Positions 56,951 through 64,000 of a stretch of DNA of 64,000 nt are shown here, in pieces (position 1 is the stretch's first letter; every line of letters starts with the position of its first letter). Under the pieces are notes generated by a model that was not told where the DNA came from, did no database searches, and worked only from the letters and a program-made list of their open reading frames with translations. The position numbers were made by a program, and so were the translations under genes. Source of the stretch: a virus; IMG/VR virus record IMGVR_UViG_3300010885_011634, positions 27,264 through 91,263 of that record; one strand, written 5' to 3'.

Positions 56951-58171
56951 TTAGCCCAGGATGGCGCTGTAGATAAACCCTAGATCTTCCATCAAGCGTG
57001 TGGTAACAATTTCACCACCACCTGTGGATAGTTGCCATACACTACCGTCCCAACTTTCTAAATATTGATCTAGTGGAACTGTGGTATTCCAGCGGGTTTC
57101 ACCTAGTTCAGGACTAGCCCTGCGAGCAGAACTTGGGCCATTTGGAATAATAAAAGCAGTTGTTTCCATAAAGCGAGTATAGCCTATGCCAGTTGATGCA
57201 AGAGTAAATGCAGTATTATTAAGGTTTGTGATGTCGCTGTTTTGCCATTTGGTACTTTCTATATAGACTATACCGGTGTCGGGATTTAGCAAGACATCCG
57301 AATTACTTTGTGTTGCTGAAATTTTATTAGCTAGTCCGTCGAGATTTAATTCAGTACTGACTATTGTATTGTTAGGCAGCATGGTGCCTACTTGTGTTAG
57401 ATTTGGAACATGCATTTCACTCCAGCGTCGTGGGCTAGAATCGTTGGCTTGCTGTCCTAGATCATACGCATTGTCTACCCCAGGTATAATACTTTGTGTA
57501 AAATCTGTATTAACTGTAACAGTATCTAATTGTTGATCACCTATTGTAATTGTACTAGAAGATGATAAATTTCCGTCAACAACAATATTACCCTTAGCCG
57601 TACCCTGTACTGTTAGATTGTTATGAATTCGAGTGTTTGCTTCGAATACTACTCGCCCAGTTCCGTTAGGATCTAAATTAATATCTCTATTCCCAATACT
57701 GCTTATTACATTATTATCTAGTACCAGATAATCACTGAGTATTCTATCATAAGGAATAATAGCATTAATATCTGTAGATTTAATTTCAATAGGGCCAGTA
57801 ATTGACCCAATAGTTCCACTGGCATTAAAAGTTAAATTAACTATGTTAGCTTGATTAGTAACATTTAATATGTTTGTGGATACATTATCGTTAATGTCAA
57901 GATCGTAGACTGGCAAGCTACCGCTAGCACGAGTTAATGTAGCTGGTAAAGTACGTTTGCCTTCTACACCTAACCTCATGTTGGTAACATCTAGATATAG
58001 TAAATCAGGATCTGACCCACCGTTCCTAAATGTTAAATCAGTGCCGTTTCTTAATAAATCAGCGGATAGTAGTTTACCACTAATGCGGCCAAGAGCAGCT
58101 ACATAGTTATTTTCACTACCTTCCGAACTGGACCCAAAAAGCCCGTCATCACCACCTAATACTCCGCTCAT
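56951..58171 (-). CDS. Virion structural protein, paralogue of 55776..56828
   Basis: GRISGKLLSADLLRNGTDLTF...DLLYLDVTN; same repeats and C-terminal IP.G....R....GETRWNT...E.WDG..W; TAAATA at 58201-58196. Confidence 0.7.
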   Translation of the reverse strand: MSGVLGGDDGLFGSSSEGSENNYVAALGRISGKLLSADLLRNGTDLTFRNGGSDPDLLYLDVTNMRLGVEGKRTLPATLTRASGSLPVYDLDINDNVSTNILNVTNQANIVNLTFNASGTIGSITGPIEIKSTDINAIIPYDRILSDYLVLDNNVISSIGNRDINLDPNGTGRVVFEANTRIHNNLTVQGTAKGNIVVDGNLSSSSTITIGDQQLDTVTVNTDFTQSIIPGVDNAYDLGQQANDSSPRRWSEMHVPNLTQVGTMLPNNTIVSTELNLDGLANKISATQSNSDVLLNPDTGIVYIESTKWQNSDITNLNNTAFTLASTGIGYTRFMETTAFIIPNGPSSARRASPELGETRWNTTVPLDQYLESWDGSVWQLSTGGGEIVTTRLMEDLGFIYSAILG

Positions 58172-58238
58172 AATGTAATCCTACAGTTGTTGATATATTT
58201 AGCGGGTTTTGGATTTACTATAAATGCCACCTGTTAAA

Positions 58239-58727
58239 CTACCCACCTATTAAATTTATTATTTGTGTTTGTACCGTTACATCTTTAATACCTAGATGTA
58301 CATTTTTTGCCCAGGCAAAGTTGGTTAACCAAGTGCCCATATATAAATCATCTACTGCGGCCCAGTGAGTAATTTCAGGATGCTGCGCTAGCCAGGTGGA
58401 TATTTCAGTTGCTCTTTGTTCATGATAAGTGGGTGCTCCAGGTAGCCAGTCTGTATAGGCCAATGGCATTTTTTTAATGCCCTGTTTTTGATAAAACTCA
58501 CACATTCCATCTAAGGTCGCATGCCGTTTCCAATCACTAGAAACAACTATTTCAGCGCCTGTTAGATCTATAATATCATTTAATATATTAACTGCGTCTT
58601 TATCAAAATCATCGAATAACGTTGCATCAGTGAGTTCGTCTCTACTGATCAGGCTCGACTCCGTTCGGATAACAGGCTGCTTGCTTAAAGAAAGAACACC
58701 ATAATGATCTAAGAATAGTACTTTCAC
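58239..58727 (-). CDS. HAD-superfamily protein (HAD_SAK_2-like)
   Basis: KVLFLD..GVL, AEIVVSSDW, R..EI..WL..HP....W.AVDD. Confidence 0.8.
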   Translation of the reverse strand: MKVLFLDHYGVLSLSKQPVIRTESSLISRDELTDATLFDDFDKDAVNILNDIIDLTGAEIVVSSDWKRHATLDGMCEFYQKQGIKKMPLAYTDWLPGAPTYHEQRATEISTWLAQHPEITHWAAVDDLYMGTWLTNFAWAKNVHLGIKDVTVQTQIINLIGG

Positions 58728-61700
58728 TATGCTAGATATAATTCCGTTGATGTTTCTGTGGCTAATAACCTAGTTACATACCATTCGATCATTGATAAAT
58801 CATACATCTGTTCTGCTAGACGTAGACCGTAGAAGAATCTGTCTTCAACACCAACAAATTCATCACGGGTGCGTAATGTTCTGCCATCTTTAACAAACTT
58901 CATATCTCTTATAGGATAGATGTTGTTGAATCTACATGATGTTAATATGCTGTCAGAGAATAAGTTCATATAGTAATCTGTAATAACATTATAGTATTCA
59001 ATTGTATCTATAATTACCTGCTTGCTAACTAATGTAATCTCTTCTCCGTATTCATTAACTGTAATGGTTCCGATAGGAGTTGCATCAGTCATTGGGTATG
59101 TAAATTCTCCAGCCTGTTTATTAAAGATACGATGTTGATCAAATGTTCGTAATGTTGTTCCATCGCTGAATGACAGTAGGTTGTACTGTGAGCCTGTTTC
59201 GCCGCGTTTGATCCACACGGCTTTAGTTTCTGCATAACAACCAAGATCAAAGTTCCAACTCAACATTCTGTCAGTGTAGGTGATGTCTTCTATGGCCTTG
59301 TGAGTGCCATCGGCCATTGCGATCATAGTGCCAGCCAATAAACAGATATGAGTGGCTGTAAGATAGTTTGGTGCCGAATATGCTGTTCCGTTGGGTGTCA
59401 CTGCATAAATCTGTGCCCAGTATCTGGTACCGCCACTCAGCCCTGTTATTATCTTGTCCTGTGTCCCAGCAGCGGCGCTGTCTGCAACTGTGGCCGCAGA
59501 CGAAGTGGTGACTGAAGGTAAAAATATGCCTATTTGTGATATTGCCACGCCTGAAGGATTAGTCACTGTAAAATTCACACTGACTGCGCCAACAACACCG
59601 CCAACACTGCTGTTTGAAGAACTGTTTATAACACAAACTGGCAGGCCATAGCCGCCGCCTGGATAGGCTGTAGTTTGAACACTAGCATCCGGGAATGTTA
59701 GATCACCATCTGGGCCAAAAACCCACCCTTTCGGTGTTCCGGCCGCATCAGTTGTGATGTATAATCCCGGAGGTGCTCCGTCGTTGTCAATACTGATCCG
59801 AGTATTATCACCGCCAATGTCGACAGATGCGTTTACACCCAATGTGCCATAACTGTCTATGGTCATACCATTTGGCAATGTTAACTCCCCATCTTCACCA
59901 AACTGCCATCTGCGTAGAGTTGAGTCTGACAGGTTGATGTCAATGTTGATATTGCTGTTGCTCTTGATATCACCTGGAATGGTTAAGCTACCATCTGTGC
60001 CAAACTCCCAAACGTTATTCACAGTATCGGGTGTGGTTATTTGTATCTTACCGTCAACCGTAGTGCGAACATTGTGATCGTCAGTGCCCAAGAAGATGCT
60101 AGTCTCTGTCAAATCACCTGTGGTCAAGTGTAGGTGATAGTCTGGGTAAGTAGGTTCACTGGCATTGATCAATACGGATTCAACACCCAAATTGTCAGGA
60201 TCGTACTGACCGTTGATGGGTGACACACGCACGGTAAATTCATAGTCATCACGGTCTATGAGAATATTAAAGGTGCCATCACCATCACCATCCAATGTCA
60301 CTGTGCCAAAATCTGCGTCGGCCACGCCAAGGCCTTCTGGGTATGTCCACCAGTACAGTGTTTGATTAGCATAAGTGTTTGAACCTTCAATATAGAAAGT
60401 AACAGTATCGCCAACTATAACAATGTTGTCATTGACCCTTAACTGTATATTATTGTTTGCGGTGGTATCAATGAAGCCGGTGCCGCCTTTGATCACCAAC
60501 TTCTGACTGTACACATCTGGCCTTGCTGGTGTAAGTTGTATGGTAGGATTGCTGGTAACAACACCTTCTGTGATAAAGCCACCTTTGGGCAATGTCACAG
60601 CACCAGTTGTTTCTAATACTAGACTCTGACCGCCGTTGAACAATCTAGTCTCATCGCCGCTGCCGTGGTATAGTGTACCAATTAGGTCACTGGTAAGATC
60701 AACTTCCGGATCAAAATCACTTGGGGTGATACTACCGGCATAGTCACTGTCTCCTTTTCCTGCGTCGACCACTGTGATGTCGCTGGCAGTGTTATCCAAT
60801 TCACCGCTAAAACTAGCCTCCACAAATTCATAGTTGCCCGCTAAAAACTCTGTTCCATCTCTGAGAAACTGTGTCACAATAGCGTTAGGTGGAATTTCAG
60901 GAAAATTGTCTAAGTCTCCAAAGCCACCGCCCACTGCCACATAACCGTCTCTCACTGCTAGATTACTGCCGCCTTCGGTGCTAAAGAACGAGTTCCCAGC
61001 AAATGTCATTCCGTCTGTGTTGGTAAGCAATCTCTGCCATTCCAAATCACCAGTCGTGTTGTACTTGGCAACGACCATGTTGACGTTGATGTCAATGGTC
61101 ACTGCTGATAGGTATAGAAAATTGTCCGGACTAACCACAATGCTGGTGGCAAAATTTCCACAGTTGCCTTGTAACGTGCGAGTCCATTGTTTAACACCTA
61201 AACTGTTGAACTTAATTATGATCATGGCTTGTCCGCCAATGTCTTGGTCAAAATTTCCGCAAACGTAGATGTTGCCTTCACTGTCTATGTCAGCATCTGC
61301 CCCGCGACAGTCAAAGTCCACTAAAACTTGTACGGCCTTTTGCCACTGTATTGAGCCTGCGCTGTTATACCTGACCACCAGCATACGATCGTCATAATCA
61401 TTAGCAGCCAGTGTGCCAACTTTGACAACCATGTCGTCCACGCCGTCAACTCCTCCAAACACGCTGCCATTAATTGTGGCAATCACGTTATCTACAGATC
61501 GATTGCCAATTGTATCACTGATGTTGCTGAATGTAGCGACTCCAGCAGTAACGCTAACAGTAAAGTTTACACCATTTGAATAGGCTGTTAAACCGCCGCC
61601 GGTCCAGTTGAGATTGTTGTCAGCGTACAGAGTGGCCACACCATCAACTACACCAAATTGAGCCATCCAACCCACAGTGACCACTTCACCGCTTGGACCA

Positions 61701-64000
61701 ACTGCCATACCGTAGGCGTTTTCGTCACCTTGTCCGTCAAGTGCTCTTGACCAAGTGACTGCTCCGGTATCAGCGTTGATTTTACTAGTGACTATTAGTT
61801 CATTTCCCTCATCATTGACATAACCAACCACTATAGGCTGTCCAAAAGAATCCACATCAACTACTGTGTTGTAGTTAGGGACACCAACATCATAGGCCTG
61901 ACTCCACACTTCAGCACCGTCTATTTGGCTGAGTTTAGTCAACGTGGCAATCTCGTAACCACCACCTGTACTCGACGATCCAGCAACATAGATATGTCCG
62001 GTGTGCGATACTGCCAGTCCCCAAGGGTTGGTGTAATCTGCGCCCTTAAACGCCATGCTCCATACTTTTACGCCAGCACTGGTAAATCTAGCCACACTGC
62101 TGTATGAACCAGTTAGACCGCCACCTGTATTCTCACTGTGGATCATCAAGGCCACAATGTCACCGTCGGGCAAATATTCAACACTAGCGGCCATTGCTGG
62201 CGTATCGGCCGCGCCGCTTGGTGTTTCAAATTCCTGTACCCAAATATCAGCACTGGGATAGGCTGTGGTCTGTACTGAGCCATCTGGGAATTCTATCTGT
62301 CCAACATTGTCAAACGTCCAAGTATGCGATGAAAAATCACCATTCGAACGTGTGTTGATTCTGACTTGATCTGCCGCTGAAAGAGAAATATCATTACCAT
62401 TGGCTTCAATAAAAATGTCGTCTGCGGCAACAAGATTTATGTCAGCATCCTGAGTACCTGTTCTAGTAGTTTCAAGAGTAAAGTCTTTGTTGGCCAAGGT
62501 CAGTGTTGTGGTACCTTCTTCCACTTCAACCACAATATCACCAATGTCGCTACCCGTGCCAATAAAGCCAGCAATGTCATTCCAGTAGTCAAATTCGCTA
62601 CTGCCTTGATCATCTACAATGGTCCAAGTTACAAAGTTGGTGGTACGAGCAATTTGTTCATCGTCATTGCCAATGTAGAAGTACCCATTGATGTAGTCCA
62701 TGGCGTCAATGTACTGACCGTTACTCCAAGTTAGTGTCGCTGTGCCAGTGAACGGTGCTAGTCCACTGGTGTCAAATGGTGTGTCTAATATTTGGTCTGT
62801 GTATAAAGAATTATCGGCGGACTTCCAGTAGAACGTGCCGTTATAGCCCGAGACTGATGAGCCGCCGATAATGACTTTCTCGCCCGAGGTTCCATTATTC
62901 CCACTGCCACTGAATGTTACCTGTGGTGGGCTGGCTTGTGTAATTCCTGAAATAGTTCTAGTGTATGGTATTGGTGTAGTGACATGCCAGGTTGAGCCGT
63001 TGTCATCGCTCCACGCCACGTGTCCGTCACTGTCCGATGCCGCAATGTATCCATTGCCGCCTGCTGTTTCAACAGTGCCACCCGCGTCAATGCCAAGATC
63101 CTGAATAGCAGTAGCCCATGGATCAATTGGCCCGTCGAATGTGCCGTTGCGTGGGTCAAGGTTGGCGTTGACGCCGGCTATACTTTCGTCACCTTCCATG
63201 TACCACGCTGAGCCATTCCATGCTGCCGTGTCAGTTATGTTCATACTAAAACATCTAGCAGAAGTCACTGTGGCTGTTAGGTCAGTGATGTATACACCAC
63301 CGCCATTTGGTGTGCTGCCGCCGTTGCTGCCAACACTGAACATCCAACCCACTCCATTGTAGTCTACGTCTGAAAACTCCCAATTGCTGTCCACAGGATC
63401 GTTACCAAAAAACTCTACCACTGTTTGGTCAACAGTTTCAAAAGTCCAACTTCTACCATCTGTACTATAGCCGTATACACCTTGGTCAAAACTTGATCCG
63501 GTTGGATCATAACTACCTACCGCCACAAAGTATCCGCCGGCGTAGTCAATTTGTCTCCAGTCAACTGTTTCTCCGCCAATTTCATCGGCAGTGCCACTGC
63601 TGCCGCTTACGTATGTTGATGCTTCCAGTCCAGCGAATGTGGTCCAACTCAGTTGATCGCTTTGAATCATGGCCACGGTGACACCGTTGGTGGCCACACG
63701 ATTGATACCTGCACCTGTGTCAACACCTGTGGTCCAGGAGACACCGTCTGTGGATTTGCTGACTGTGCCGTCATCGTTGACTACGACAAAAAAAGTACCT
63801 ATTGCGCCACTACCAGTGTAGGCTGTGGTTTGTATTGTGCCATCTGGAAATGTGATGCTACCATCTGGGCCGAACTGCCAGCCGTGATCTGCACCAGCCA
63901 TATCAGTTCTAATATATAACCCCGGAGGTGCTCCACCGTCGTCAATTCTAATCTGAGTATTGGAGCCGCCAATTTTAACCGTACCAAAACTGTCTGATGC
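58727..64000 (-). CDS. Large modular tail-fibre/adhesin-like protein with beta-propeller domains and a C-terminal Hint (intein-like) domain; 5'-truncated by the window edge
   Basis: The frame is open from 64000 (ASDSFGTVKIGGSNTQIRIDDGGAPPGLYIRTDMAG...); Asp-box and WQR/W.K propeller repeats; CLLAGTMIAMADG..K.IEDI Hint block A. Confidence 0.75.
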   Translation of the reverse strand, partial: ASDSFGTVKIGGSNTQIRIDDGGAPPGLYIRTDMAGADHGWQFGPDGSITFPDGTIQTTAYTGSGAIGTFFVVVNDDGTVSKSTDGVSWTTGVDTGAGINRVATNGVTVAMIQSDQLSWTTFAGLEASTYVSGSSGTADEIGGETVDWRQIDYAGGYFVAVGSYDPTGSSFDQGVYGYSTDGRSWTFETVDQTVVEFFGNDPVDSNWEFSDVDYNGVGWMFSVGSNGGSTPNGGGVYITDLTATVTSARCFSMNITDTAAWNGSAWYMEGDESIAGVNANLDPRNGTFDGPIDPWATAIQDLGIDAGGTVETAGGNGYIAASDSDGHVAWSDDNGSTWHVTTPIPYTRTISGITQASPPQVTFSGSGNNGTSGEKVIIGGSSVSGYNGTFYWKSADNSLYTDQILDTPFDTSGLAPFTGTATLTWSNGQYIDAMDYINGYFYIGNDDEQIARTTNFVTWTIVDDQGSSEFDYWNDIAGFIGTGSDIGDIVVEVEEGTTTLTLANKDFTLETTRTGTQDADINLVAADDIFIEANGNDISLSAADQVRINTRSNGDFSSHTWTFDNVGQIEFPDGSVQTTAYPSADIWVQEFETPSGAADTPAMAASVEYLPDGDIVALMIHSENTGGGLTGSYSSVARFTSAGVKVWSMAFKGADYTNPWGLAVSHTGHIYVAGSSSTGGGYEIATLTKLSQIDGAEVWSQAYDVGVPNYNTVVDVDSFGQPIVVGYVNDEGNELIVTSKINADTGAVTWSRALDGQGDENAYGMAVGPSGEVVTVGWMAQFGVVDGVATLYADNNLNWTGGGLTAYSNGVNFTVSVTAGVATFSNISDTIGNRSVDNVIATINGSVFGGVDGVDDMVVKVGTLAANDYDDRMLVVRYNSAGSIQWQKAVQVLVDFDCRGADADIDSEGNIYVCGNFDQDIGGQAMIIIKFNSLGVKQWTRTLQGNCGNFATSIVVSPDNFLYLSAVTIDINVNMVVAKYNTTGDLEWQRLLTNTDGMTFAGNSFFSTEGGSNLAVRDGYVAVGGGFGDLDNFPEIPPNAIVTQFLRDGTEFLAGNYEFVEASFSGELDNTASDITVVDAGKGDSDYAGSITPSDFDPEVDLTSDLIGTLYHGSGDETRLFNGGQSLVLETTGAVTLPKGGFITEGVVTSNPTIQLTPARPDVYSQKLVIKGGTGFIDTTANNNIQLRVNDNIVIVGDTVTFYIEGSNTYANQTLYWWTYPEGLGVADADFGTVTLDGDGDGTFNILIDRDDYEFTVRVSPINGQYDPDNLGVESVLINASEPTYPDYHLHLTTGDLTETSIFLGTDDHNVRTTVDGKIQITTPDTVNNVWEFGTDGSLTIPGDIKSNSNINIDINLSDSTLRRWQFGEDGELTLPNGMTIDSYGTLGVNASVDIGGDNTRISIDNDGAPPGLYITTDAAGTPKGWVFGPDGDLTFPDASVQTTAYPGGGYGLPVCVINSSSNSSVGGVVGAVSVNFTVTNPSGVAISQIGIFLPSVTTSSAATVADSAAAGTQDKIITGLSGGTRYWAQIYAVTPNGTAYSAPNYLTATHICLLAGTMIAMADGTHKAIEDITYTDRMLSWNFDLGCYAETKAVWIKRGETGSQYNLLSFSDGTTLRTFDQHRIFNKQAGEFTYPMTDATPIGTITVNEYGEEITLVSKQVIIDTIEYYNVITDYYMNLFSDSILTSCRFNNIYPIRDMKFVKDGRTLRTRDEFVGVEDRFFYGLRLAEQMYDLSMIEWYVTRLLATETSTELYLA
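59663..63880 (-). repeat. Dispersed 63-nt / 21-aa module W.F..(D/V)G..(T/E)FPD...QTTAY, three copies
   Basis: Copies at 63818-63880, 62258-62320 and 59663-59725; partial copies (WEFGTDGSLT, WQFGEDGELT) near 59870-60010. Confidence 0.8.

Noticed and set aside
56876-58210. 11-mer TAGCGGGTTTT present in the intergenic regions upstream of both GRISG.LL paralogues
   Set aside because: Only two copies, at different positions relative to the promoter; cannot be distinguished from chance.
1-64000. CRISPR arrays, tRNAs, rRNAs, integrase/transposase, stop-codon recoding
   Set aside because: Intergenic gaps are too short and show no repeat-spacer or cloverleaf pattern; TAA, TAG and TGA all end genes and core genes are full length in the standard code.

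Overview
A 64-kb fragment of a large, AT-rich, contractile-tailed (T4-related, highly divergent) dsDNA phage genome, mostly coded on the minus strand. Left to right: (i) a late-promoter-driven sugar-modification operon (cytidylyltransferase-cupin fusion, GT-A glycosyltransferase, two KpsS-like paralogues; runs off the left edge); (ii) uvsY, uvsX and gp32 SSB; (iii) head/packaging and tail core genes (large and probable small terminase, gp4-like nuclease, tube, 1170-aa sheath, dNMP kinase, neck gp13/gp14, gp15); (iv) a ~13-kb island (24.9-37.7 kb) with ten Fe(II)/2OG-type oxygenases and four flavin-dependent tryptophan-halogenase-family genes; (v) directly upstream of it, three tandem Gly/His-rich fibre-like paralogues, two giant paralogous virion proteins, other baseplate/fibre genes, and a fibre with a C-terminal Hint domain that runs off the right edge. 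The best candidate for an undescribed system is a late-expressed phage 'tailoring' system (halogenation, hydroxylation, possibly glycosylation) acting on fibre proteins; this is inferred from gene context and promoter class, not demonstrated. Other signals read from the sequence: a TAA(A/G)TA-N4-7-ATG leaderless late-promoter architecture (13 cases), a 14-bp hairpin with a nested promoter at the head of the enzyme operon, an unannotated 45-aa metallothionein-like ORF, a structured ~100-nt 5' leader, and GGCATA repeats in the gp32/uvsX initiation regions. No tRNA, rRNA, CRISPR array, integrase or reverse transcriptase was seen. All functional calls come from motif recognition by eye; no database searches were run.
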